This document shows positions 36,283 to 46,491 of a stretch of DNA of 64,000 nt, in pieces. Under the pieces are notes generated by a model. That model worked only from the letters and a program-made list of their open reading frames with translations. It searched no databases and was not told the DNA's origin. The stretch is from positions 24,521 through 88,520 of the forward strand of contig CAZTVZ010000001.1 in assembly GCA_964617045.1 (NCBI GenBank), written 5' to 3'. The position numbers and the translations under genes are program-made. The DNA is from an uncultured Gammaproteobacteria bacterium. Its GTDB lineage: Bacteria; Patescibacteriota; Microgenomatia; UBA8517. Numbering within the stretch: position 1 is the stretch's first letter; each line of letters begins with the position of its first letter.

Positions 36283-36912
36283 ATGGATAAAACTCAAAAA
36301 CAAAAGGTAATCAAAAATCTTCAAAGAAAAAATATCCTTGAATCCATTAAAGATATTGGAGAATCGACAACTCAATCTATCACTTCCGACCTTGTTGAAC
36401 AGTCGACAAAAGACTTTTTAAAAGAACTTCTGGGAATAAATAGCACCAACAAATCAGGGGAAATATTCGCAGGACAGGAAATTGCAATGAAAGAGGTGTT
36501 TGATGGTAAAGCCAAGGAAAAAGAAAACGAATATAAACAAACCAGATTTGAAAACACTCTTATAAGAGAAGAAAAAGAACGAATTGAACACAAATCCAAC
36601 GAACTAAAACTCCACCTGCATGCTTTAATGCAGGAAATCTATTCTTTGGCTAAGACTACTCAAAACCTGGGACAAGAGGTAGAGGTAGCCACTATGCAGG
36701 CCCCAGCAAATCCAGGTATATATCATGTCGTTTTTTTTGAAAAAATGATTGAATATATCAGAGATTTTCGGAAAAAAATTGAAGATTCTTCTGTCTGGCT
36801 CTCTTCATCCAATAAAAGAGCTGAGAAAAAGAACTACTGGTCCATGTACAAGAAAAAGGGGAGCTCATTCCTATTGGCTCCTGATCATTATTTACAAAGA
36901 TCGGTTGGATAA
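36283..36912 (+). CDS. Hypothetical coiled-coil protein (209 aa)
   Basis: ORF only. Confidence 0.35.
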   Translation: MDKTQKQKVIKNLQRKNILESIKDIGESTTQSITSDLVEQSTKDFLKELLGINSTNKSGEIFAGQEIAMKEVFDGKAKEKENEYKQTRFENTLIREEKERIEHKSNELKLHLHALMQEIYSLAKTTQNLGQEVEVATMQAPANPGIYHVVFFEKMIEYIRDFRKKIEDSSVWLSSSNKRAEKKNYWSMYKKKGSSFLLAPDHYLQRSVG

Positions 36913-37190
36913 TGTCTCCAGAAATTGGCCATTTTTATCAGCATTTACAAAAATTGGGTATTCATCGAAAAGTTCTTCTTGCGAGGGAAGAGGATCTCGG
37001 TGGGTATCTAATGGAAATATATTCTTTACCTCTTAACAAATACGTACTATGTGACAACAACTGCAATAATCCTGCTTCAATCATGATTTATTCAAAATCT
37101 CATGATGGCAAAAAAGCGCTTGATTTGTTTTGTGATATGCATGCCGGCGACAACCTGATTAAGCTTCGGGACAATAAATTATTTGATTAA
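36912..37190 (+). CDS. Hypothetical protein (92 aa)
   Basis: ORF only, Cys-containing. Start coincides with the upstream stop. Confidence 0.3.
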   Translation: MSPEIGHFYQHLQKLGIHRKVLLAREEDLGGYLMEIYSLPLNKYVLCDNNCNNPASIMIYSKSHDGKKALDLFCDMHAGDNLIKLRDNKLFD

Positions 37191-37231
37191 TTAGTCAATC
37201 TTTAACCCGTTTGGTATAATTAGCGTTACCT

Positions 37232-37305
37232 GGACGCTTAGCTCAGTTGGCTAGAGCGCTTTCTTGACGTGAAAGAGGTCGGGGGTTCAAGTCCCTCAGC
37301 GTCCA
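37232..37305 (+). tRNA. tRNA-Val (GAC)
   Basis: Anticodon loop TTGACGT. Preceded by TATAAT at 37215-37220. Confidence 0.9.
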
Positions 37306-37311
37306 CATATC

Positions 37312-37384
37312 GGGCTCGTAGCTCAATGGCTAGAGCACCTGGCTGGCAGTCAGGGGGTTAGGGGTTCGACTCCCCTCGAGTCCA
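37312..37384 (+). tRNA. tRNA-Ala (GGC)
   Basis: Anticodon loop CTGGCAG. G3:U70 identity pair in the acceptor stem. Confidence 0.9.
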
Positions 37385-37429
37385 CAAAACTTGCATTAAC
37401 AATCAATAAAGTACTAATATTTTATAAGG

Positions 37430-37927
37430 ATGAATCGTAAACTGCTCATTGTAATTGCAATCGTAATTCTTGTTATTGTTGCCCTGCTTTCGATAAAAAT
37501 ATTTTTTCCTGAAAACAATTTCGTTGATAAAGGAATTTACTGGATAAGTGGAACTGATCAATCAAATCAAAGTCAAAGTATCTTTAACATCAACCAGAAT
37601 AATGCAAAAATGCGCACTTCTGATGGAAGTATAAAATTAACGTCTCCCGCTCCAAACTCTAAGGTTAAACCCGGATTTGTTGTTTCCGGAACTGCAAGAG
37701 TAGCTGAGAACATAATAAGCTGGAAATTAATTTCAAGCGAAAACGAGATTCTCGGACAAGGATATGTTTCTGTTGAAGTTAATGAAGAAATTAATGTTTC
37801 ACTATTCGATTTTCAAGCTATTTATCCAGAAGGGACAAATGGAAATGGATTCTTGGAAATATTTGACTACTCTCTGAAAGATGGATCTTTATACGAAAAA
37901 ATTCAGATTCCCCTCATATTCGATTAA
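37430..37927 (+). CDS. Membrane-anchored extracytoplasmic protein, Ig-like (Gmad2-like) domain
   Basis: N-terminal TM, Asn/Gln-rich linker, beta-rich C-terminal domain. Confidence 0.4.
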   Translation: MNRKLLIVIAIVILVIVALLSIKIFFPENNFVDKGIYWISGTDQSNQSQSIFNINQNNAKMRTSDGSIKLTSPAPNSKVKPGFVVSGTARVAENIISWKLISSENEILGQGYVSVEVNEEINVSLFDFQAIYPEGTNGNGFLEIFDYSLKDGSLYEKIQIPLIFD

Positions 37928-37957
37928 CATCTCTCCATAAATGAGTTAAAATAAGCC

Positions 37958-39715
37958 ATGAGTAACGAACTTGAGCATTTGAGACATTCTACGGCACACT
38001 TGCTTGCTGCAGCCGTAACTTCGTTGTGGCCTAACGCCAAACCAACAATCGGACCCGTTATCGAACATGGTTTCTATTACGATTTTGACATGGGAGATGA
38101 AAAGATTACCAATGGGGATTTACCAAAGATTGAAGAAAAAATGAGAGAAATTATCTCTTCATGGAAGTCTATCGATGGGGAAGAGATCTCTGTCGAAAAA
38201 GCCAAAGACATTTTCAAAGACAATGAATACAAAATTGAATTGATTGAAGAATTTGAATCTGAAAAACTACCAATAACAATATACAAGTCAGGTGATTTTA
38301 TTGATTTATGCAGAGGGGGTCATGTTGATAATCCCCAGGAAATTAAACATTTTAAACTCATGTCTGTAGCCGGAGCGTATTGGAGAGGAAACGAGAAAAA
38401 CAAAATGCTTACCCGTATTTATGGAGTTTCCTTTTCAAGTAACGATGACTTGGAAAATCACTTACAAAGTCTGGAAGAAGCATCCGAATTTGATCACCGA
38501 AAAATTGGCAAGGATCTTAATTTATTTGTCTTTTCTGACATTATCGGCAAAGGTCTTCCCATGCTTACACCTCAAGGAGCGACAATCAGAAGAGTTTTGG
38601 AAAGATTTATTGTTGATGAAGAAATTAGAAGAGGATATCAACATGTTTACACCCCTCCTCTTGCAAAAACCGAACTATACAAAAAATCGGGACATTATCC
38701 TTATTACAAAAACACAATGTATCCTGTTATGAAAGTCGACGAGGAGGAGCTTATTCTTAGGCCCATGACGTGTCCTCATCACTTTATGCTCTATAAATCC
38801 GACTTACATAGCTACAAAGAACTTCCTTTAAGGATTGCCGAGATAGCTCCACAATTTAGATACGAAAAAAGTGGAGAGCTTACCGGACTTATAAGAGTAA
38901 GGATGTTCCATCTTGCCGATGCCCATATCTTTACATCACAAGAACAAGCCAAAGATGAAATAAAAAATGTTTTGGAACTTATTGATTTTGTAAATTCCAA
39001 AATGGGTCTCAAAAAGGGTGAAGATTATCGTTACAGGCTTTCTTTGGGTGATCGATCGGACAAAAACGAAAAATATTACAAGGATGATGAAGCTTGGGAA
39101 TATGCCGAAAATGTATTAAGGGAAGTATTAAGTGAATCCGATGTGCCATCCTTTGAAGCAAAAGGAGAAGCCGCATTTTACGGTCCGAAAATTGACGTTC
39201 AGGTAAAAAAGATAACTGGAAAGGAAGAAACAGCATTTACGGTACAGTATGACTTTGTAATGCCAAAGCGATTTGATCTTAAATATACCTCTGAAGACGG
39301 TAGCGAAAAGGAAGTTGTTGTTATCCATAGGGCCTCGATAGGTTGTCTGGAAAGAACAATTGCCTTCTTGCTCGAAAAATATCATGGAGCACTCCCTCTA
39401 TGGATGTCTCCAACACAAGTAGCCATTTTACCGATATCTGAAAAGCATACCAAGTATGCAATCCTTGTAAAGGAAAAGTTGGATGAAGTCGGTATTCGAT
39501 CTTTCTTTGACGACAGAAGCGAAACTTTACAAGCTAAAATAAGATCGGCGCAAATGAAAAAAATACCCTACATGTTAGTATTGGGTGACAGGGAGATGGA
39601 AGCACAAAAAGTTGCACCCAGGCACAGAATAAAAGGAAATCTGGATACAATGTCTATTGAAGAATTTGTGACTAAAATTGACAAGGAAAATAAGGAGATG
39701 TTGATAGAGGAATGA
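37958..39715 (+). CDS. thrS: Threonyl-tRNA synthetase (no N-terminal TGS domain)
   Basis: Editing-domain HxxxH (HSTAHLLAAAV), class II motifs (HRKIGKDLNLF; RPMTCPHH), C-terminal anticodon-binding domain. Confidence 0.95.
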   Translation: MSNELEHLRHSTAHLLAAAVTSLWPNAKPTIGPVIEHGFYYDFDMGDEKITNGDLPKIEEKMREIISSWKSIDGEEISVEKAKDIFKDNEYKIELIEEFESEKLPITIYKSGDFIDLCRGGHVDNPQEIKHFKLMSVAGAYWRGNEKNKMLTRIYGVSFSSNDDLENHLQSLEEASEFDHRKIGKDLNLFVFSDIIGKGLPMLTPQGATIRRVLERFIVDEEIRRGYQHVYTPPLAKTELYKKSGHYPYYKNTMYPVMKVDEEELILRPMTCPHHFMLYKSDLHSYKELPLRIAEIAPQFRYEKSGELTGLIRVRMFHLADAHIFTSQEQAKDEIKNVLELIDFVNSKMGLKKGEDYRYRLSLGDRSDKNEKYYKDDEAWEYAENVLREVLSESDVPSFEAKGEAAFYGPKIDVQVKKITGKEETAFTVQYDFVMPKRFDLKYTSEDGSEKEVVVIHRASIGCLERTIAFLLEKYHGALPLWMSPTQVAILPISEKHTKYAILVKEKLDEVGIRSFFDDRSETLQAKIRSAQMKKIPYMLVLGDREMEAQKVAPRHRIKGNLDTMSIEEFVTKIDKENKEMLIEE

Positions 39716-39761
39716 TTCTCTTGAGCTCAAGGTCATATTCGGGTATAATTTACATCGTAAA

Positions 39762-40292
39762 TTGAAAACAGGAAACTTGAATTGGCGTGTAGACAGTGAA
39801 ATCCGTGCCCCGGAAGTCCGAGTAATCGACTCCGAAGGGAATCAACTGGGAGTAATGAAAACTCCAGATGCCATCAAGAAAGCCAACGAAACCGGGCTAA
39901 ATCTGGTCGAGATTGCACCAAATGCCGTTCCACCTGTAACTAAAATTATCGAAGTCGGTAAGTTTAAGTATCAGGAAGAAAAAAAGCAGAGGATGCAACA
40001 AAAAAAGGTAAAGGGAGGGGACGTAAAAGAAATAAGATTCTCTCCGTTTATCGCGGAAAACGACTTTAATACAAGAATGGAGCGTGTTAAGGAGTTTATC
40101 GACAACAGAGACAAGGTTAGGTTGGTTGTTGTTTTCAGAAGACAACAGTTGGGAAGCAAACAGTTTGGATATGATCTGTTTAAAAAGATTCTAACCGAAC
40201 TTGGAGACACGGTTTCCGTTGACATGGAACCCAAGTTTCTTGGAAAGAATTTAATAATGGGAATATCCCCATTAAGCAAGAAAAATGCCTAA
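39762..40292 (+). CDS. infC: Translation initiation factor IF-3
   Basis: [20 protein letters not shown]..., C-terminal domain [21 protein letters not shown]. Non-ATG (TTG) start; in-frame ATA at 39735 is an alternative. Confidence 0.85.
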   Translation: MKTGNLNWRVDSEIRAPEVRVIDSEGNQLGVMKTPDAIKKANETGLNLVEIAPNAVPPVTKIIEVGKFKYQEEKKQRMQQKKVKGGDVKEIRFSPFIAENDFNTRMERVKEFIDNRDKVRLVVVFRRQQLGSKQFGYDLFKKILTELGDTVSVDMEPKFLGKNLIMGISPLSKKNA

Positions 40293-40479
40293 ATCAAAAA
40301 CAAGAAAATCAGTTATAAGAAGATTCAAAGTCACACCTACAGGAAAGGTGCTACACAGACATGCTTTCAGAAGACATTTGAAAGCCAATAAAACCAAAAA
40401 ACAACTTGGCAATCTTAAAAGAGTTGCCGAGATGAAAGGCCAATTTGCTAAAAGAATAAGAAAGGCATTGGGAAAATAA
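40285..40479 (+). CDS. rpmI: 50S ribosomal protein L35
   Basis: [22 protein letters not shown]... Confidence 0.9.
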   Translation: MPKSKTRKSVIRRFKVTPTGKVLHRHAFRRHLKANKTKKQLGNLKRVAEMKGQFAKRIRKALGK

Positions 40480-40480
40480 A

Positions 40481-40822
40481 ATGGCAAGAGTAAAATCACC
40501 ATCAGCAATTAAACACAGAAAAATTCTTAAACAGGTTAAGGGTTTTAAGCAAAGCAGGAGAAAGAGAATCCAAACAGCCATGGAGGCAAGACTTCATTCA
40601 ATGCAGTATGCATATGAAGGAAGAAAACTCAAGAAAAGAGACTTGAGAGCCTTATGGATTATTAGAATAAATGCTGCAGTCAGAAAGTTTGATCTATCAT
40701 ATTCTAAATTTATCAAGCTACTTAAAGAGTCCAAAGTTGAAATCGATAGGAAAATATTGTCTGATATTGCCGCCAAGGACCCATCTACTTTCGAAAAAGT
40801 AGTTAATTCAGTAAAGAAATGA
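40481..40822 (+). CDS. rplT: 50S ribosomal protein L20
   Basis: [22 protein letters not shown]... Confidence 0.95.
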   Translation: MARVKSPSAIKHRKILKQVKGFKQSRRKRIQTAMEARLHSMQYAYEGRKLKKRDLRALWIIRINAAVRKFDLSYSKFIKLLKESKVEIDRKILSDIAAKDPSTFEKVVNSVKK

Positions 40823-40910
40823 TAACCTTTTTCTCCGGACTTAAATTCTTTAGAATAGAATAAGTTTGTGGAGAAATAATTTTATTAGCTCTCCACAGGA
40901 GAGCTTTTTT
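40819..40910 (+). promoter_or_regulatory. pheST transcription attenuator: 14-codon Phe-rich leader peptide plus alternative antiterminator/terminator hairpins
   Basis: Leader ORF 40819-40863 ([14 protein letters not shown], four Phe codons) starts inside the rplT stop (aATGA). Region 1 TTTCTCC (40830-36) pairs with region 2 GGAGAAA (40870-76). Antiterminator TGTGGAGA (40867-74) pairs with TCTCCACA (40890-97). Terminator GCTCTCC-ACA-GGAGAGC (40888-40904) plus TTTTTT (40905-10). pheS ATG at 40916. Confidence 0.65.
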
Positions 40911-40915
40911 CGTAT

Positions 40916-41941
40916 ATGAGAGAAGAATTAATAAATATTAAAAATGAGGCAATGGCTCAAATTATGGAAGCAAAGTCTTCCCAGGAGCTGGAAACATTAA
41001 GGATCAACTATCTCGGAAGAAACGGGAAGATAAATGAAATACTTAAAAATATTAAGGATGTTAAACCTGAAGATAGAGTAGAGATAGGCAAACTTGTTAA
41101 TGAAGTAAAAAATACTATATCGCTTCTTCTCGCAGAGCAAGATAATAAATTCACCGAAAGCGTAAGGGATTGGTTCGACACATCGGTGCCCGGTATCAAA
41201 CCCAAAATTGGAAAAATCCATTTGGTAACAAAAGCAATTAGAGAAATATCTAAATTATTTGAGGATATTGGATTCGTAAGATCCCGATACCCGGAGGTTG
41301 AATGGGATTATTTTGCTTTTTCTGCATTAAACATGCCCAAAGAACATGCGGCCAGGGACGAATGGGAAACTTTTTTTGTGGATGTTAAGGAAAATCCAAA
41401 ATACGGAAAGATGGTTTTAACTCCCCACACATCTTCCGGACAAATCAGGGAAATGTTTAGAGTAAAAAAACCTCCGATAAGAATGATAAACATTGCAAAA
41501 ACTTACAGAAGGCAACTGGACGTGTCTCATAACCAAATGTTCCATCAATTTGAAGGGCTTGTCGTTGACGAAGGAATCAACATAACCCACCTTAAAGGGA
41601 CACTGGATTATTTTGCCAAGAACTTTTTTGGTGAAAAAAGAACTACGCGACTTAGACCTTATCATTTCCAATTTACCGAACCGTCATTTGAAGTTGATAT
41701 CTCCTGCGGACTATGTGACGGAAAGGGGTGCAAATTTTGCAAATCCGGTTGGCTGGAGCTTGGTGGCGCTGGTATGGTTCACCCTAATGTTTTAAAAGAA
41801 TGCGGAATTGACCCAAACAAATACTCGGGTTTTGCATTTGGTTGGGGAGTGGAAAGAACCTTTATGATGAAATCGGGGCTTAAGATCGATGATATAAGAA
41901 AATTATATGGTGCTGATATTAGATTCCTAAAACAATTTTAA
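40916..41941 (+). CDS. pheS: Phenylalanyl-tRNA synthetase alpha subunit
   Basis: Class II motifs FQFTEPSFEVD, GWLELGGAGMVHPNVL. Confidence 0.95.
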   Translation: MREELINIKNEAMAQIMEAKSSQELETLRINYLGRNGKINEILKNIKDVKPEDRVEIGKLVNEVKNTISLLLAEQDNKFTESVRDWFDTSVPGIKPKIGKIHLVTKAIREISKLFEDIGFVRSRYPEVEWDYFAFSALNMPKEHAARDEWETFFVDVKENPKYGKMVLTPHTSSGQIREMFRVKKPPIRMINIAKTYRRQLDVSHNQMFHQFEGLVVDEGINITHLKGTLDYFAKNFFGEKRTTRLRPYHFQFTEPSFEVDISCGLCDGKGCKFCKSGWLELGGAGMVHPNVLKECGIDPNKYSGFAFGWGVERTFMMKSGLKIDDIRKLYGADIRFLKQF

Positions 41942-41942
41942 T

Positions 41943-43886
41943 ATGGACATAAAAATTCCTGACAAATGGTTAAGAGAGCATCTTGAAACAAACGCCAAGC
42001 CGGATGATATTGCAAGATGTTTGTCTCTATGCGGCCCTTCTGTAGAAAAGGTTGATGAAACAAAACATGGAATTGTATATAACATTGAAGTTACGGGGAA
42101 TAGAATTGATTCAGCGTCCGTATATGGAATAGCAAGAGAGGCGGCTGTAATACTTCCCAGATTTGGTTACAAAGCTAAACTTAAACCTCTTCCTAAAATA
42201 AAGATAAAGACATCTAAAAAAGTAGATTATCTTACCACTATTGTAAACTCCAGACTTTGCCCAAGGTTTAGCATGATACTAATTAAGGACGTAAAAATAT
42301 CCGATTCGCCGCCTGATATGGTAGAAATGATTTCCGCTTGCGGTGGAAGGGGAATCAATAATGTCGTTGATATTAGCAACTACTTAATGTTTGAATACGG
42401 CCAACCCCTACACACATTCGATTACGACAAGATTAAGGATTCTTTGATGATGCTTAGAGAAAGCAAAAAGGGAGAAAGCATTTTTACTCTCGATGGAGTA
42501 AAACGAACTCTTCCCGGAGGAGATATGGTAATCGAAGACGGGTCGGGCAAGTTGATTGATCTTTGCGGAATCATGGGTGGTAAGCTGTCAGCAGTCGATA
42601 AAAACACAAAAAATGTACTTATATATGTACAGTCATATAATCCATCCTATGTAAGGAGGACTTCCATGTCTCTAGCCCACAGAACTGATGCTTCTGTGTT
42701 GTTTGAAAAAGGACTTAATCCCGAATCGGTTACTCTAACCATTCAGGAATCCATTAGATTATTTGAAAAGTTTACTGGCGGTAAAGCAGATCCTAGTATT
42801 CTTGATGTTTATCCTAATCCGTGGAAAGCAAAATCGATAAGACTTAGGTTTGATAAGGTGCAAAAAGTACTCGGAATTGATATTGAAGAAAGACAGATTA
42901 AATCAATTTTAGAAAGCCTAGGATTTAGCATTTCGGGTAGTAATCCCATGGATGTAAAAATTCCTTCGTACCGTGATAACGATATATCTATCGAAGAAGA
43001 TTTGATTGAGGAAATTGCCAGAATTTACGGTTACCATAATATCTCCAGTCAGTTAATGCATACTGCAATACCCACAGAAAATCGAAATGGCATATTTGCT
43101 TTTGAGAATTATGTAAAGGATATTATTAAAGGGTACGGTGGAATTGAGGTATACACATTAACTTTAGTTTCCGAAAAGGATGTTGTTGGTAAAGCATACA
43201 AACTCAAAAATCCTCTTGGTAAAGACGCTGAATACTTAAGAACTTCAATGTTGCCCTCTTTGATGTTGGCAAAAAAAGAAAACCGTAATATTAATGACGA
43301 GTATCACTTGTTTGAAATTTCAAATATTTATTTACCTGTTGAAAGCGAACTGCCTCAAGAAAAATCTGTTCTTGCCGGAATAATTGAAAATTCTGAATAC
43401 CGTCACGCAAAGGGAATTATCGAAGCCTTACTTACAGAATTAAATATTTCATACGAATTCATTGAGGAAGAAATGCCGCTATTTGCACCTGGTATGGGTT
43501 TAAAAATAATGTGCGGAAAAGAAAAACTAGGTATTTTCGGTATAACCGAGCAAGGTGACTTCTATTACGAGTTTGACACTAAAACATTATTTAACAATTA
43601 TTCGCTTGTTGGAAAATATTCACCGAACTCAAAGTTCCCATCACAGATTGAGGATATTACTTTTACCTTACCGGAAAAAACAAGGATCGGTGATGTCATT
43701 ACTCAAATATCTCAACGCGCAAAAGAAATTGTTTCAGTTGTACTAAAAGAAGTATACGAAAACTCGTTTACGTTTAGAGTCGAATACCAGAGCATGGAAA
43801 AAACTTTGGAAAACAAAGATGTTGAAAAAATCAGAAGCAATATCATATCAGCAATAGAAAAAAAGTTCGGTGGCAAAGTAAAATAA
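41943..43886 (+). CDS. pheT: Phenylalanyl-tRNA synthetase beta subunit (short, no N-terminal tRNA-binding domain)
   Basis: B3/B4, B5 and C-terminal catalytic-like/anticodon-binding modules. 647 aa. Confidence 0.9.
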   Translation: MDIKIPDKWLREHLETNAKPDDIARCLSLCGPSVEKVDETKHGIVYNIEVTGNRIDSASVYGIAREAAVILPRFGYKAKLKPLPKIKIKTSKKVDYLTTIVNSRLCPRFSMILIKDVKISDSPPDMVEMISACGGRGINNVVDISNYLMFEYGQPLHTFDYDKIKDSLMMLRESKKGESIFTLDGVKRTLPGGDMVIEDGSGKLIDLCGIMGGKLSAVDKNTKNVLIYVQSYNPSYVRRTSMSLAHRTDASVLFEKGLNPESVTLTIQESIRLFEKFTGGKADPSILDVYPNPWKAKSIRLRFDKVQKVLGIDIEERQIKSILESLGFSISGSNPMDVKIPSYRDNDISIEEDLIEEIARIYGYHNISSQLMHTAIPTENRNGIFAFENYVKDIIKGYGGIEVYTLTLVSEKDVVGKAYKLKNPLGKDAEYLRTSMLPSLMLAKKENRNINDEYHLFEISNIYLPVESELPQEKSVLAGIIENSEYRHAKGIIEALLTELNISYEFIEEEMPLFAPGMGLKIMCGKEKLGIFGITEQGDFYYEFDTKTLFNNYSLVGKYSPNSKFPSQIEDITFTLPEKTRIGDVITQISQRAKEIVSVVLKEVYENSFTFRVEYQSMEKTLENKDVEKIRSNIISAIEKKFGGKVK

Positions 43887-46445
43887 TTAAGGAGTGGGGG
43901 TAGGAGTTGGTGTAATATCCCATGCTACGTTAACACCAATTCTAATCATACTTTCAGCCTCATGGTTATCTTTATCCCATGCTTTTACTTTTAACTGATG
44001 TGCTCCATCACTAACCCCAGAAAAACTATGTTCAAAAGGTGGTCCGTCAAAACTTCTAACTTTACTATTGTCCAAATACAATTCGACTTTTGTTACATCT
44101 GATGTCGAATCTGCAAAAAACTTGGCTGTGAAATTATTGCCGAGGTTTGATGTCTGATCTGTCGGATTGGAAAAACCGGTGTTTAAGGGATTTTGAGTAC
44201 CACAATATTCGCTTGGAGGCTTATACCTGGAATCGGATTGGGTATTAATCCAATTCAGTATTCCTTCCTGCCATCTGTTTGGCTTACCCGCACCTGCCGT
44301 AGGATCTTCCTCTTTAAAGACAAAATATTCTTTCTCTTCATAGTCACCTCTGTTGATATCTGCAGGTGTGGCTAGTTTTCCGTCTTGTTTACAAACCTTG
44401 AGCTTTACGTGCACAGGATCGTTACCCGGCTCTGTGCCTTGAATAAACTTTTCAGTTCTTGCGGCAAACCCGTCGTGCGCTCGATATCCGGATACGGAAT
44501 CAACAGAAGCAGTTATTATCCTTCCTGGTGTTTCAAATCCAATGTTTGGTTTACCTGATAATGCCTCAACGGTTATTCTTCTCCAGATAGGGGATGCTCC
44601 CGAGATACCGGAGGCAACTGATTTCATCGGAGAGTTGTCGTTGTTTCCAACCCAAACTCCAACAACAATCTGTGTGTTTCCACCTATTGCCCAGTTATCT
44701 CTGCGGTCATTGGTTGTACCGGTTTTAACACCCACCGTTCTTCCGGGAATATTAAGGAGTGAATTGGGTCCGAAGACTGTTTCTCTGGCTTTATTATCAG
44801 AGAGAATGTCGGCCATTAAATAAGCTTGTTCTTCAGTTAGAACTCTCTTTTTCTTTTCTGGTTTAACTTCTTCAAGTACTTTTCCGTCGGCATCTTCGAC
44901 CTTAAGTATCGCTGTGGGTTCAATCCGATAACCTTTGTTAAAGAATGCCGCATATGCAGCTGTTATCTCGGACAGCTTAACCTCACCACCACCCAGCGTT
45001 AACGACAACCCTACACGGCTTAACGTTTCCTGTGTTGGAGGTAGAGAATTTATACCAAGATCGTATGCAGTTTGAAGGGTATCCTTTATTCCTACAAGAG
45101 CGAGCATTTTAACAGCAGGTATGTTTAGAGAATTGCCCAATGCATATCTTAATTGAACCGGACCCCTGTATTTCCCGTCGTAATTAACTGGTTTGTAATC
45201 CGGTTGGCCCGCACCTCCGGGGAAGACAGTCTCGACATCCATAATTAAAGTCGATGGTGTGTATCCTTCTTTAAGTGCCGTTACATATGTAATTGGCTTA
45301 AAAGACGATCCGGGCTGTCTTAATGATTGAGTTACATTTACTTGCCCATCGTAATCATCGGCGGCAAAGTTTTTGGATCCAACCATTGCAAGAATTTCTC
45401 CTGTTTGAGGGTCGTATGCAATTGCTGCACCATTTGTAATATTTTGAGATTCGACTTTGGCAATTTCTTCTGAAACTATAGATTGTGCTTTTTCCTGCAA
45501 TTCCAAATCGAGAGTTGTTGTTACTTTTAAACCTCCTTGTTCTATCGCTGCTTCTCCGTACCTTTCCTCAAGTATTCCTTGTACATATTGGACAAAATGT
45601 GGTGCTTTGAAAGAAGCTCCTTTTGGTTGAAAAACAACCGTATCCAATTCACTTTTTGCCTGTTCTTCCTGTTCTTTCGTTATATAGTCATCCTCACGCA
45701 TTCTTCTTAAGACCTCTTGAGTTCTTCCGATATATGCCTTTGGATTACTGGAATAGGGAGAATAATAGGAGGGTCTTTGAGGCATTCCCGCAAGTATGGC
45801 CGACTCAACAAGTGTCAGATCTTTTGCACTTTTTCCAAAATAGGTTTCGGCTGCAGTTTCAACACCCCATGCCGTTCCTCCATAGGGAGCTTCGTTTAGG
45901 TACATTTGCAGTATTTCGTCTTTGGTATATTTTCTTTCTATTTGGACTGCCAAAATGAATTCTTTTGCTTTTCTTATCAATGATCGTTCGGATGTAAGCA
46001 GAACATTTTTAACAAGTTGCTGGGTAAGCGTTGATCCACCCTGAGCTCTTCCCGCAGTAAAAAGTCGGGTGAATCCACGAATTATTCCCAGTGGATCAAA
46101 ACCTTGATGTGAATAGAAATTTTTATCTTCTATCGCAATCGTTGCTTGTCTCAAATAAACGGGTATTTCTGTAAGTGGTATTGCAGTTCTTCTTTGGTCG
46201 ATAAAAATGTCGTATAAGACTTTTCCGTTACGATCAAGGATCTTGGTGGAAAAACCCTCTCTTCTAACTACATTGTCCGGAGTGGGAAGGTTAAAAGACA
46301 TTAAAGGAACAACAACAAATGAAGCGATAATTAGTACGATTACTCCGATAAAGCCGTACTTTGCTAATTTGAATATGAGTTGACTATTCTTAAATCCCGG
46401 TCTTCGTGCGATTATCCTTCGTCTTCTGTATTTATCCCTCCACAT
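43887..46445 (-). CDS. Class A penicillin-binding protein (PBP1A: GT51 transglycosylase + transpeptidase) with C-terminal beta-rich extension and PT repeat
   Basis: N-terminal TM. GT51 motifs (ATIAIEDKNFYSHQGFD; RAQGGSTLTQQ). Transpeptidase SxxK, SxN, KTG motifs. Confidence 0.9.
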   Translation of the reverse strand: MWRDKYRRRRIIARRPGFKNSQLIFKLAKYGFIGVIVLIIASFVVVPLMSFNLPTPDNVVRREGFSTKILDRNGKVLYDIFIDQRRTAIPLTEIPVYLRQATIAIEDKNFYSHQGFDPLGIIRGFTRLFTAGRAQGGSTLTQQLVKNVLLTSERSLIRKAKEFILAVQIERKYTKDEILQMYLNEAPYGGTAWGVETAAETYFGKSAKDLTLVESAILAGMPQRPSYYSPYSSNPKAYIGRTQEVLRRMREDDYITKEQEEQAKSELDTVVFQPKGASFKAPHFVQYVQGILEERYGEAAIEQGGLKVTTTLDLELQEKAQSIVSEEIAKVESQNITNGAAIAYDPQTGEILAMVGSKNFAADDYDGQVNVTQSLRQPGSSFKPITYVTALKEGYTPSTLIMDVETVFPGGAGQPDYKPVNYDGKYRGPVQLRYALGNSLNIPAVKMLALVGIKDTLQTAYDLGINSLPPTQETLSRVGLSLTLGGGEVKLSEITAAYAAFFNKGYRIEPTAILKVEDADGKVLEEVKPEKKKRVLTEEQAYLMADILSDNKARETVFGPNSLLNIPGRTVGVKTGTTNDRRDNWAIGGNTQIVVGVWVGNNDNSPMKSVASGISGASPIWRRITVEALSGKPNIGFETPGRIITASVDSVSGYRAHDGFAARTEKFIQGTEPGNDPVHVKLKVCKQDGKLATPADINRGDYEEKEYFVFKEEDPTAGAGKPNRWQEGILNWINTQSDSRYKPPSEYCGTQNPLNTGFSNPTDQTSNLGNNFTAKFFADSTSDVTKVELYLDNSKVRSFDGPPFEHSFSGVSDGAHQLKVKAWDKDNHEAESMIRIGVNVAWDITPTPTPTP

Positions 46446-46491
46446 ACTTACTTGTCATTGTATCAAAACAAGCCTAAAATGTGTAATAAGA

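Noticed and set aside
2707-40822. Possible UGA recoding (code 25 / Gly) as in some CPR lineages
   Set aside because: TGA terminates several highly conserved genes exactly at the expected C-termini (eno at 3976-3978, thrS 39713-15, rplT 40820-22, tyrS 47644-46). Standard code 11 applies.
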